Positions 9,019 through 19,283 of a stretch of DNA of 64,000 nucleotides are shown in pieces. The notes beneath the pieces were generated by a model. The model did not search any database. It had not been told where the DNA came from and was given only the letters and a program-made list of their open reading frames with translations. Position numbers and translations under genes: made by a program. Each line of letters opens with the position of its first letter. Position 1 is the stretch's first letter. Origin of the DNA: an uncultured Verrucomicrobiae bacterium (GTDB lineage: Bacteria; Verrucomicrobiota; Verrucomicrobiia; Chthoniobacterales; Chthoniobacteraceae); contig CAWIKF010000002.1 in NCBI GenBank assembly GCA_963836755.1, forward strand, positions 1,600,001 through 1,664,000. The letters run 5' to 3'.

Positions 9019-11304
9019 ATGGACATTGAAACCATTCATCATGTCGGTTTCATAGGCGACTACACGCCGCGCCAGTGTGGCATCGCGACGTTTACCGCCG
9101 ATCTTTGCGAGGCGATTGCCAGCAGCTTTCCGCATGCGACTTGTTTCGTCGGCGCGGTGAATGACCGTGAAGAAGGTTATGATTATCCAGAGCGCGTCCG
9201 CTTTGAAATCAATGAACGCGAGATCGACTCATATCGCCGCGCGGCAGATTTTTTGAACATCAACAATGTTGAGGTCGTGAGCGTGCAGCACGAGTTCGGA
9301 ATTTTCGGCGGACCCGCCGGCAGCCATCTGCTGGCCTTGCTCCGAGAGTTGCACATGCCCGTTGTGACTACGCTGCACACGGTTTTGAAAGAACCAAACG
9401 ACGTGCAGCGCCGCGTGATGGATCAGCTCACTCAGCTATCTGATCGCCTCGTTGTGATGGCGGAAAAGGGCGCGACTTTTTTGCGCGAGATTTACCATGT
9501 GCCTGCGGAAAAGATTGACCTCATCCCACACGGGATTCCTGACATTCCATTCATCGACCCAAGTTTTTACAAAGACCAGTTTGGCGTCGAAGGAAAGACC
9601 GTGCTGCTCACCTTCGGCCTTCTTTCGCCAAACAAAGGAATCGAATACGCGATCGAGGCGCTTCCGCGGATTCTGGAAAAAAATCCCAACGTTGTTTACA
9701 TCGTCCTTGGGGCCACGCATCCAAACCTGGTCGCGCACCAGGGTGAGACGTATCGGCTGCAGCTTGAGCGACTCGCTGAGGCGCGGGGCGTGAAAAAGAA
9801 CGTCATTTTTTACAATCGATTCGTGACTCTCGAGGAGTTGAAGGAGTTCATCGGCGCGACCGACATTTACATCACGCCCTATCTCAACGAGGCGCAGATC
9901 ACATCCGGCACGCTGGCCTACGCGTTCGGCGCGGGAAAGGCGGTCATCTCCACGCCGTATTGGCACGCGCACGAATTGCTTGCGCACGACCGTGGGATTC
10001 TCGTTCCTTTCAAGGACGCCGACGCTATTTCAAAGGCCGTTAACGGACTCTTGGCAAATGAAGCGGTGCGAACTTCGATGCGGAAAAATGCGTATATGCT
10101 CGGCCGCGAAATGATCTGGCCGGAGGCCGCGCGGCTCTACATGCGCAGTTTCATGAAAGCCCGCGAAACCCGTCCCAATCTGCCTCGCAAGGCATTCGCG
10201 CAGCAGACGCTCGAGAATCGACCTTATCAATTACCGCCGCTCAAGCTCGATCATCTTTTCAAAATGAGCGACGCGACAGGCATGTTGCAGCACGCGATTT
10301 ACAACGTCCCAAACTACGCCGAAGGCTATTGCACCGATGACAACGCCCGCGCGTTCATCTTCACGATTTTGCTCGAGGAACTCGGCGGAAAAGGGGCGCA
10401 GGACGTGGCCAATCTCAGCACGCGCTACCTCTCGTTTCTTTCCTACGCCTTCGATCACACATCGCGGCGCTTCCGGAATTTCATGAGCTTTGATCGGAAA
10501 TGGTTGGAAAAAAAGGGATCGGAAGACAGCCATGCGCGCGGGTTGTGGGCGCTCGGCACGGCGCTCGGGCGCTCGCAAAACGACGGATATCGAAATTTGT
10601 GCGGCTTCATCTTCAACAAAGGTTTGAAACCAGTGACGAAGTTCACATCGCCGCGTGCGTGGGCATTTACGTTGATCGCGATTCACGAATATCTGCGCCG
10701 CTTCTCCGGCGACCGCGCCGTCAACACTGCGCGTTCAAAGTTGGCGGAGCAGCTCGTGGGTTTGTTTAACGAAACGCAAACGGATGATTGGCTCTGGTTC
10801 GAGGAGTCACTGAATTACGACAACGCGAAACTGCCGCATGCGCTGATTTTGAGCGGCTATTGGATGGGGCAGCCTGAAATTTTGGAGATCGGGCTGAAAT
10901 CGCTGCGCTGGCTGGCGAAGCTGCAGACATCGGCCTCTGGCGTCTTCAGTCCAGTCGGCGCACCTGGCTTTTACATGCGCGGCGGCCAATGCGCTCGGTT
11001 CGACCAGCAGCCGCTGGAAGCATACGCGATGCTTTCGGCATGCCTTGAGGCGTTTCGCGCAACGAGTGATCCGTTCTGGTCCGGCGAAGCGCAGCGTGCG
11101 TTTGAATGGTTTCTTGGCCGCAATGACCTCGGCCTCCCGCTTTACGATTCGACGTCCGGCGGCTGCCGCGACGCGCTGCACGCGGATCGCGTGAACCAGA
11201 ATCAAGGCGCGGAGTCGACGCTCGCGTTTTATCTTTCACTTGCCGAAATGCAGCTCGCGCAAAACGTCATCCAGAGCCAGGCCGAAAAAGATGCTGCCGC
11301 CTGA
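9019..11304 (+). CDS. GT4 glycosyltransferase fused to a six-hairpin glycosidase-like C-terminal domain
   Basis: N-half has GT-B motifs (PRQCGIATFT, QHEFGIFGG, FGLLSPNKGIE, SGTLAYA). C-half has YCTDDNARA, FDQQPLEA and NQGAESTL. Confidence 0.88.
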   Translation: MDIETIHHVGFIGDYTPRQCGIATFTADLCEAIASSFPHATCFVGAVNDREEGYDYPERVRFEINEREIDSYRRAADFLNINNVEVVSVQHEFGIFGGPAGSHLLALLRELHMPVVTTLHTVLKEPNDVQRRVMDQLTQLSDRLVVMAEKGATFLREIYHVPAEKIDLIPHGIPDIPFIDPSFYKDQFGVEGKTVLLTFGLLSPNKGIEYAIEALPRILEKNPNVVYIVLGATHPNLVAHQGETYRLQLERLAEARGVKKNVIFYNRFVTLEELKEFIGATDIYITPYLNEAQITSGTLAYAFGAGKAVISTPYWHAHELLAHDRGILVPFKDADAISKAVNGLLANEAVRTSMRKNAYMLGREMIWPEAARLYMRSFMKARETRPNLPRKAFAQQTLENRPYQLPPLKLDHLFKMSDATGMLQHAIYNVPNYAEGYCTDDNARAFIFTILLEELGGKGAQDVANLSTRYLSFLSYAFDHTSRRFRNFMSFDRKWLEKKGSEDSHARGLWALGTALGRSQNDGYRNLCGFIFNKGLKPVTKFTSPRAWAFTLIAIHEYLRRFSGDRAVNTARSKLAEQLVGLFNETQTDDWLWFEESLNYDNAKLPHALILSGYWMGQPEILEIGLKSLRWLAKLQTSASGVFSPVGAPGFYMRGGQCARFDQQPLEAYAMLSACLEAFRATSDPFWSGEAQRAFEWFLGRNDLGLPLYDSTSGGCRDALHADRVNQNQGAESTLAFYLSLAEMQLAQNVIQSQAEKDAAA

Positions 11305-11317
11305 CGGCGCTCCGTCT

Positions 11318-12769
11318 ATGAACCTAAAACGCCATCCTGAAAAATTTGTAGCCGATGCTACGCGGGTTCTAATCAGGCCGCTGAGTTTTGGGAGCCCGCA
11401 GCGCAGCACGAACGTGATGGCGCGCGTGATGACGCTCACGGATCAAGACGTGGAGCGGCTTCTCGCGGAAGTGATGAAAGAATTCAGCGGTCGCCACATC
11501 AATATCGAGCGCGTGTTCGAGCGCCATTTTGAAAAGGTGAGGCCTAATCTTTTCATCGATCGCGAGCTCTCGCGGCCGCGGCAATTGCTGATCGGTTCCT
11601 ATTTCACGAGCGAATACGCGCTCGAGTCCGCGGCGCTTTTCAACCCATCCATCGTGCCGCATCCAGACCAGGCAAATCTGCCCGACGGCGCGTTGCGTTT
11701 CATTCTGAGTTTCCGCGCGACCGGTGAGGGGCACATCTCGTCGATCGAGTTTCGCAGTGGGGTGATCGACGCGCAGAACAACATCGCGATCGACCGGGTC
11801 GGTCGTCACGTCACCACGCCGGAAATCATTCCCAACCCGAGCTACGACAAAACATTTTTTACGATCAAGCTTCACGAGATGGGGGTTGAAAACGGTTTCT
11901 CGAGCGACATCATGGAGCCGCTTGGCGGCACGTTCACGCATTCCGAATTGCAGCGAAGCGTGAGCGCGATGAAATCAAAGTTGCGCGTCCACACTCGCGA
12001 CGAGCAGCGCACGCTCGAGTGCATCACATGGCTCGCGGAGTCTAATTACGAAATTTCCTTCCGCGAAAATCTGCCGCTGTCCGAGCGGATCATTTTTCCG
12101 GTCTCGGCGAACGAAAGCAACGGCATCGAGGACGCACGATTCGTCCGCTTCATCGAGGATGACGGCAGCGCGCGCTACTTTGCGACTTACACGGCTTACA
12201 ACGGCCGCGTGATTTTGCCGCAACTCATCGAGACGCTCGATTTTTTGCGATTCAAAGTCATCACACTCAATGGCGCGGCGGTGCAGAACAAAGGCATGGC
12301 GCTGTTTCCGCGGCGAATCAACGGCCAGTATGTGATGATCTCGCGGCAGGATGGCGAAAACGTTTTCATCATGTTTTCCGAGAACGTCCATTTCTGGAAT
12401 GACACGGTGAAACTCTTCAAGCCGGCTTATTCATGGGAGTTCGTGCAGTTGGGAAATTGCGGTTCGCCTATTGAAACCGAAGCCGGCTGGCTGCTGCTCA
12501 CGCACGGCGTCGGCCCGATGCGAAAATATTGCATTGGCGCCGTGCTGCTCGATCTCGACGATCCGACGCGCGTGATCGGGCGATTGAAAGAGCCGCTGAT
12601 CTCGCCGAACGAAAACGAACGCGAAGGTTATGTGCCGAACGTTGTTTATACTTGCGGAGCACTTTTGCATCAAGGCGAGCTGATCATTCCGTATGCCATG
12701 TCAGACTCCGCCTCGAGCATTGCGACGGTCGCCATCGACGAGCTGCTCGCAGAGCTCAAGCCGGCTTGA
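11318..12769 (+). CDS. Glycoside hydrolase family 130 protein (mannoside phosphorylase/hydrolase)
   Basis: ALFNPS, GIEDARFV, NKGMALFP, GNCGSPIET and REGYVPNVVYTCG motifs. ATG at 11318. Confidence 0.9.
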   Translation: MNLKRHPEKFVADATRVLIRPLSFGSPQRSTNVMARVMTLTDQDVERLLAEVMKEFSGRHINIERVFERHFEKVRPNLFIDRELSRPRQLLIGSYFTSEYALESAALFNPSIVPHPDQANLPDGALRFILSFRATGEGHISSIEFRSGVIDAQNNIAIDRVGRHVTTPEIIPNPSYDKTFFTIKLHEMGVENGFSSDIMEPLGGTFTHSELQRSVSAMKSKLRVHTRDEQRTLECITWLAESNYEISFRENLPLSERIIFPVSANESNGIEDARFVRFIEDDGSARYFATYTAYNGRVILPQLIETLDFLRFKVITLNGAAVQNKGMALFPRRINGQYVMISRQDGENVFIMFSENVHFWNDTVKLFKPAYSWEFVQLGNCGSPIETEAGWLLLTHGVGPMRKYCIGAVLLDLDDPTRVIGRLKEPLISPNENEREGYVPNVVYTCGALLHQGELIIPYAMSDSASSIATVAIDELLAELKPA

Positions 12770-14258
12770 ATTTTTCCCGAGCCTCGCGAATCAAGGCTGC
12801 ATAAGCATCGGCGGGCTTGTCGCCCAGATGATCCTCGGCAAGCCGTTCAGTGCCGCGCGTGTAATCGAGTGAAAATAATCCAAAGCGCGGCGTGAAGGAG
12901 CCCCATTCGTAATTGTCGAAAAGCGACCAGTGCAGATAGCCGATCAGCGGCACGCCTTCGTTAACGATGCGCGTGACCTCATGGACGTGCAGACGCAGGA
13001 ATTTGCTGCGATTGAGCCGGTCGCCGCGCCGTGTGAAATCGTTATTCCATTTGCGCCGCAACGCCATTCCGTTTTCAGCGATCAGGACGCGACGCGCATC
13101 AAAGTCTTGCGAGTAATATTTGCAAAAGAAATGGAGGCCGCGTGGCAGCACACGCCAGTCCCACCATTTGCTGGTGATCGTGTTCATGATCCAGACGCGA
13201 AAAGATTTGCTCTTGAATTCGTGATCCCAAAAGCGTGGAAAACGAAACGCGTGCGCGGCGAATGGATCGTAGTAATCGAGCCCGATGTAGTCGAAGAGCC
13301 GCTTGCGGGGCGATGCGTAAACAGCATCGAGCACGCGCGAAAAATGTTCGGGCTCGAACCAGCGGTAGCCGAGCCAGTTGCTGAGCCGCTTCATCGCCGC
13401 GCCGAAATAATAGGGAAGATCCTTGTGCAGCGGAATGCGCGCTGACTGAAACGCCGCGTCAAACTCGCCGATTTTTCCGTGGATATATTCGCATACATCG
13501 TCCCGCGCGACATTGCGCTCCGCGAGGCAGAGCAGGTCGAGCAGCACTTTGTCAGACCAATACAAGTCGCTGCAATAATTGTTGAGCGTCACGCACGGCG
13601 CCGGCCAGCCGCGCGCGGAATAAAGATCGTGCAACGCGTTGTAAGCGCGGATGTGCGCGACGAGCAACGTGTTGTAGGCGCGCACGACCGAGCCAAGTCC
13701 AACGCGGCCGCGCGCGGGAAACTGATTTCCGAGATACGTGTTGAGCACGAGCATGTTTGGCTCGTTGATCGTGATGAACCATCGAATCGGGGTAGGGAGT
13801 TTTTGGTTCAGATACGACACCGCCTCGACCACATATTTTTCAAAATGGCGCGGCGTGTTTTCATCCAGCCACGGATCAGTGCCCAGCCACGCTGGATGCA
13901 CGAAGTGATGCAGCGTGACGACTGGCTCCAGACCGTGAGCGCGGCATTCCGTCAGCATCTCGGCGTAATGATCGAGCGCGGCGAAATCGAATGCAGGCGG
14001 CTCTGCTGCTTGATCCGCGAGCGTTGGCTGCACTCGGCTCCATTCAATGCCAAGGCGAAACGCGTTCAATCCGAGCTCGCGACTACGCGCGAAATCTTCG
14101 CGGTAGCGCGTCCAGAAATCCGCAGCTTTTCCGCACACAGCGACATCGCGTTTCTTTTCGGCGCGCGCCCAGTTTGTCTGTGGCTCTCCATTGCCGTTAT
14201 AGCCGCCTTCGCTTTGATAAGCTGAGGTCGCGACGCCCCAGAAAAAGTCGGGATTCAC
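12756..14258 (-). CDS. Glycoside hydrolase family 1 protein
   Basis: FFWGVATSAYQSEG, FRLGIEWSR, TINEP (acid/base), AENG (nucleophile) and WSLFDNYEW motifs. GTG start overlaps the upstream stop. Confidence 0.92.
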   Translation of the reverse strand: MNPDFFWGVATSAYQSEGGYNGNGEPQTNWARAEKKRDVAVCGKAADFWTRYREDFARSRELGLNAFRLGIEWSRVQPTLADQAAEPPAFDFAALDHYAEMLTECRAHGLEPVVTLHHFVHPAWLGTDPWLDENTPRHFEKYVVEAVSYLNQKLPTPIRWFITINEPNMLVLNTYLGNQFPARGRVGLGSVVRAYNTLLVAHIRAYNALHDLYSARGWPAPCVTLNNYCSDLYWSDKVLLDLLCLAERNVARDDVCEYIHGKIGEFDAAFQSARIPLHKDLPYYFGAAMKRLSNWLGYRWFEPEHFSRVLDAVYASPRKRLFDYIGLDYYDPFAAHAFRFPRFWDHEFKSKSFRVWIMNTITSKWWDWRVLPRGLHFFCKYYSQDFDARRVLIAENGMALRRKWNNDFTRRGDRLNRSKFLRLHVHEVTRIVNEGVPLIGYLHWSLFDNYEWGSFTPRFGLFSLDYTRGTERLAEDHLGDKPADAYAALIREAREKFKPA

Positions 14259-15430
14259 GTTCCAGTCGCGGCGTGCGAGATCGCGTCACGCTTTTCCGCA
14301 TCGAGCGTGAGCGGCGGCAAATCGTCCTCGATCAAAGTTTGCACAACCGTTTGAGCGGAGTGCGGATGCCCGACGCGAGCTGCGTTGCGACGCATCAAAT
14401 CGAGATGCAGTGGGTCATCCAGCAGCCGGTCGATTTTGTAAGGCAGCGTCGTCAGCTCATTGCATTTCAACGCGATGCCATCCTCGAGCAGGTGATCGCT
14501 GTTGCGCTCTTCCTGGCCAGGAATCGGCGAAATGATGATCATCGGTAGCGAGCAGGCGAGCGCCTCTGATGTCGTGAGTCCGCCCGGCTTGCCGATGAAA
14601 AGGTCGGACATTTTCATCAATTCGTGCATTCGATCGGAGTAGCCGAGAATTTTAAAACGCCGATCATCCGCGCCGATCTGCGACTTCATCCGCGTGAGCA
14701 ACTCTTCGTTTTTTCCACAGATGACGACCGTCTGCGTGTCGTGTTTTAATTGCATCAAACGCGACACGGTAAACTCTGTCGGGCCGACGCCGAGTGCGCC
14801 GGCGGAAAGCAACAGCGTCGTCTTTGCGGGGTCGAGTCCGTAGCTTGCGCGGACATTCGCGCGGTCGATCTGCGTGGCAAAAATCGGGTCGATCGGGATG
14901 CCGGAAACTGTGATGCGTTCGCCGGGAAGACCGAGCGCTTCGAGGTGCGCGCGCGTTTCGTCGATCGCGACAAAGTAGCGATGAAAGATGCGCGAAAGCC
15001 ACATCGCGTGCATGTCGAAATCCGTGACGACGATGGAAAGGTGCGCGTCGAGCAGCTGTTTTTGGATGAGATGCGCGATGATTCCGGCCGGCATGAAATG
15101 GGTGCAAACCGTGATGTCGGGGCGAAAGTCGCGGATGAATTTCACGAGCGGCCGCGTGTTGAGCCGATCCATGAGCTGCACGACATCGTTTTTCCACGGC
15201 TCGTCGCTGGTGTTGTAAACCCAGCCGAGCAGCGCTGGCGCGCTCTTGATGAGCCGCACGTAAAGCTTTGAGTAAAAGTCACGAAAAAGTTTGTTCGTGA
15301 AATCGAGCGCGTCGCGGTGCACCACGGCTTCCACGCGATCATCGCGTGAAAAAGTTTTCGAAAGCGCTTCCGCAGCTTTTACGTGGCCGGTGCCGGCGCT
15401 CGTGGAGAGAATCAAGACCCGCTTCTTCAT
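14255..15430 (-). CDS. MGDG synthase / UgtP-like diacylglycerol glycosyltransferase (GT28)
   Basis: AGTGHVKAAEAL, CTHFMP, VVTDF, GIPI, KPGGLTTSEA and PIPGQEERN motifs. ATG at 15430. Confidence 0.9.
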   Translation of the reverse strand: MKKRVLILSTSAGTGHVKAAEALSKTFSRDDRVEAVVHRDALDFTNKLFRDFYSKLYVRLIKSAPALLGWVYNTSDEPWKNDVVQLMDRLNTRPLVKFIRDFRPDITVCTHFMPAGIIAHLIQKQLLDAHLSIVVTDFDMHAMWLSRIFHRYFVAIDETRAHLEALGLPGERITVSGIPIDPIFATQIDRANVRASYGLDPAKTTLLLSAGALGVGPTEFTVSRLMQLKHDTQTVVICGKNEELLTRMKSQIGADDRRFKILGYSDRMHELMKMSDLFIGKPGGLTTSEALACSLPMIIISPIPGQEERNSDHLLEDGIALKCNELTTLPYKIDRLLDDPLHLDLMRRNAARVGHPHSAQTVVQTLIEDDLPPLTLDAEKRDAISHAATGT

Positions 15431-15476
15431 ACGATGTGCGAATCGCGGCTGCTTCTGTTTCCGCGTCCGCGTGGGG

Positions 15477-18030
15477 TCAAAATTGAATCGCGGGCGGCGG
15501 CGGCACTTTGATCGTCGCGTCCTCCGCCGGTTGATCGAGCGCGCGAACCGGCTCCGCGCGGCGCACCTGCGTTTCCTGCGGCGGCGTGGCCGATGGGCCG
15601 GGCGCAGCGGAACCGGACGGCTGCGAGTCATTCGAGACGGGAATGGCCGGCAGGACGATCGTCGGCTTGACCGATTGATATGGGTCGTCGCCGGTGACGG
15701 TCGGCGCTTTCATCGGAATCGGCGCGACTTTTCCGAGATCGACGGCAAGCGTTGCGCGGGGATATTGCGATTGAATCGGCACATTGCTGATCGGCACCGC
15801 GGCCTGAGCGAATGTCGCGCCGGCGCCTTCGCCATGAACGGTGCAATATTGCTTCGGCGCCTGCTCTGGCGTGCCGAGCTCAAAATAGGTCGTGTGATGG
15901 TCGACGGTCTGGCCGCTGGTTTTGTCTGTCGTTGTTTCCACACATTTATCCGTCGCGAGCTGACCGGAGCTTAAGCAGATTTCGTATTTTTTCAGCGCTT
16001 TCGGCTGCGGAATTTCAACCGGTAAATATTTTGCGAAGCTGGAATTCATCACATCGACCCAGATCGGGAGCACGACCTCATTTGAAAATGCGCCGCGATA
16101 AATCGGCGACGGCTTATCGAAGCCGGCCCAGACGCCGCACGTGATCGCGCTGTCGTAACCGACGAACCAGTCGTCGGTGAAATTGTAGGCCGTGCCCGTT
16201 TTTCCAGCGACGGGAAATTTCTTCAGCCCATACTCTGGAAAACGCCTTGTCGCCAGTCCCTTGCTCGAGCGCCTGCGCGAGACAGGAGTTCACCTCAAAT
16301 GCGGTCGTGTCGCGGATGACGTCCGCTTTTTCGGGCTTGGATTTGAAGACGATGTTGCCGTCCTTGTCTTCGATGCGGCTGATGATGTAAGGCTCCGCGG
16401 GCCGCCAGCCTCCGTTTGGAAAAACGGTGTAAGCGAGCGCCATGTTCATCAAAGTCACTTCGCTCGTGCCCAAAAAAGTCGCCGGATACCGGCGCAGATT
16501 TAGGATTTCGCGGCCCTTCTCGTCCTTGCCGGCCACGCGGGCAAGGCCCGCTTTTTTGGCGACGGCAATGACGTTGTCAATGCCGGTCTGCATGCCGACG
16601 CGGACAGTCGCGGCATTCTTGGATTTCACCAAGGCATAGCGCGCCGGGATGAGCCCTTCGTATTTGTTGTCGACGCTTTCCGGGCCCCACTCGCCGAGGA
16701 TTCCGGTCGTGCCCCCGATCATCACCTGCCGATTGTCGATGATGGAATCCTGAAAAAGCGTGCCGGGAAAAATCCCTTTTTCAAACGCGGCCGCGTAGAC
16801 GAACGGCTCGATCGAAGTGCCCGCCGGGCGCGCCGCGGCGATGGCGCGGTTGTATTGGCTTTGAGCAAAATCACGACCGCCGATCAAAGAAAGAATCGCG
16901 CCGGTGCTGTTGTCGAGCACGACCACCGCCCCCTGCAGATACTCCGGCGCAGGCAAATTTTCTTTTTCATCCGTGTCAGCATCCTGTTTACGCTGTTTTA
17001 GCAGGGCGTTGTATTGCGCGAGTGTCTGATGCTCATAATCCTTATGCGCCTCGATCGCGGTCAATCGCTCGCGCAGCGATTCCTGCGCTTTCTTTTGAAG
17101 TTTTGCATCGATGGTGGTGTAAATGCGGTAGCCGTCTGATGTCGCGCGATCCTTGCCGACAATGTCGTCAACCTGCTGCCGGATCATGTCCATCGCATAC
17201 GAATCCGAATGAACCGGCCGCCGATTTTTCACCGCGATCGTGCGGCCGATTTCCTCGTCATACTGCGCCTTCGTGATTTCCTTGAGGTCGAGCATGCGAC
17301 CGAGCACGAAATTTCGCGTTTCGATGCAAGCCTGCCGGTTGCTCCACGGCGAAAGATTATTAGGATTTTTCAGCAAACCCGCCAGCGTCGCGCATTCGGA
17401 AAGCGTCAAATCCTTCGCCGGCTTGCCGAAGTAACCGCGCGCCGCCGCTTCCGCTCCGAAGAAGCCGTTGCCGAAATAAACGCGGTTCAAATAGAGCTCG
17501 AGAATCTTTTCTTTCGAGAAATGCCGTTCAATGTCTTGTGCGAGAAAAATCTCCAAAATTTTGCGCTGATACGTTTTTTCGCGCAGCTCAAACGTGTTGC
17601 GCGCGAGCTGCTGCGTGAGAGTGCTCGCGCCTTGCTTGATGTGACCCGCGCGCCAATTTTTGAGCGCCGCGCGAGCCATGCCGACAAAGTCCACGCCGTG
17701 ATGCTGGAAAAAACGGTTGTCCTCCGCAGCGATAACAGCCTGCGTCATCGCGTAGGGAAATTCGCTGTAGGGAATCGCGTCGCGATTTTCCAGAAAAATG
17801 CGCCCGAGCAGATTGTTGTCGCGATCGTAAATCGTGCTCGCCGATTCCATTTCCTCGAGCTTTGAAAAGTCAAACTTTGACGCCTTCGCCTCGTATTCGC
17901 TCTTCAATTTCTCGTAATAGATGGCGCCCGCAATCAGCGGCAGCACGATCAGCGCGACGAGCACGATGAACCACGCGCGGCGATAGAAGGGCGTGCGCGG
18001 CGGAAGATAGGCTTCGTAGAGATCGAGCAT
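15477..18030 (-). pseudogene. Class A penicillin-binding protein (PBP1A-like), split by a one-base frameshift near 16236-16242 (real or sequencing error)
   Basis: Transglycosylase motifs EDNRFFQHHG, GASTLTQQLARN, RKILE and LYLNRVYFG. After DKAF the shifted frame reads EYGLKKFPVAGKTGTAYNFTDDWFVGY and runs into the 15477..16073 ORF. Confidence 0.88.
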
Positions 18031-18111
18031 GGGGCGACCGCTACTTAAGCACCAACTCGCGGCTGCTCAAACTGCTTTTCGGCCAGCGCTCGCGCGGCGA
18101 GAATCGGCGCG

Positions 18112-19242
18112 GTGACAGGCAATCCCGCTCTTATCGAGAAAATCCGCGCACGCATCGCGGCGCAAGGTCCGCTGCCTTTTCGAGACTTCATGGCGATGGC
18201 GCTTTACGACGCGGAGCACGGTTTTTATAGCTCGGGACGGGCCCGGATCGGACGCGGCGGCGATTTTTTTACAAACGTGAGCGTCGGCCCGCTCTTCGGG
18301 CAAATGCTCGCGAGGCAGTTCGAGCAAATGTGGGAATTGCTCGGGAAGCCGCATGAATTCACGCTCGTCGAGCAGGGCGCGAACAACGGCGACTTCGCGC
18401 GCGACGTTTTGCAGGCGGCGAAGGGAGAATTTCGCGAGGCGCTGCGCTGCACGCTCGTCGAGCCTGCGCCAATCCTGCGCGCGCGACAGCAGGAAAATTT
18501 ACGCGACTTTTCCGCGAACGTAACCTGGTGCGAATCGCTCGAAGCGCTCGCTCCTTTCAGTGGCGTGCATTTTTCCAATGAACTCTTCGATGCGCTGCCG
18601 GTGCACCTTGTTCGTTTTGTGGACGGGGAATGGCGCGAATGTTTTGTTGACGGGGATTTGCAGCTGATCGACGGCGCGCCGAGCAGCGAAGCGTTGCGCG
18701 CTCGCATCGAAAAATTGGCGCTGCCGGGAATTGAAAATTACGAGACCGAGGTAAATCTCGACGCGCTTAATTTGATGGATGAAATCGCGAAAAAACTTTC
18801 GCGTGGATATACGCTGGCAATTGATTACGGATTTCCACGCGACGTTTTTTACGCGCCCGAACGCGCTCGCGGGACGCTCACCGCGCACGCCCGGCATCGC
18901 CGCAGCTTCAATCCGCTGGAACTGGTCGGCGAAAGTGATCTCACCGCACATGTAGATTTCACGAGTCTCGCGGAGCGAGGCGTCGCAACCGGATGCGCGC
19001 TCGCGGGATTTACCGACCAGCATCATTTTCTTGCATCGCTCGCTCAGTATTTTTTTGCCAGCAGCGCGCCCGATGCGAAACAGGCCCGCGCGTTGCAAAC
19101 GCTGATGCATCCGCAATTTCTCGGCACTGTTTTCAAAGTGCTCGCATTGCAAAAAGCCGTTGCGAGCCCGCAGACTTTGACCGGATTTGAATTCGCCCGC
19201 GATCCGCATGCCGCGCTGGGCCTTGCGGGCGCGGCCGATTGA
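18112..19242 (+). CDS. SAM-dependent methyltransferase, MidA/NDUFAF7 family
   Basis: FMAMALY, GDFFT, EQGANNG, SNELFDALP, IDYG and DLTAHVDF motifs. Confidence 0.9.
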   Translation: MTGNPALIEKIRARIAAQGPLPFRDFMAMALYDAEHGFYSSGRARIGRGGDFFTNVSVGPLFGQMLARQFEQMWELLGKPHEFTLVEQGANNGDFARDVLQAAKGEFREALRCTLVEPAPILRARQQENLRDFSANVTWCESLEALAPFSGVHFSNELFDALPVHLVRFVDGEWRECFVDGDLQLIDGAPSSEALRARIEKLALPGIENYETEVNLDALNLMDEIAKKLSRGYTLAIDYGFPRDVFYAPERARGTLTAHARHRRSFNPLELVGESDLTAHVDFTSLAERGVATGCALAGFTDQHHFLASLAQYFFASSAPDAKQARALQTLMHPQFLGTVFKVLALQKAVASPQTLTGFEFARDPHAALGLAGAAD

Positions 19243-19283
19243 CTTGCATTCCAGACGGTTTGCCGCGAGAAAATTCCCTCCCG

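Noticed and set aside
15477..16073. Independent 198-aa gene
   Set aside because: It is the in-frame continuation of the PBP C-terminus after the frameshift.
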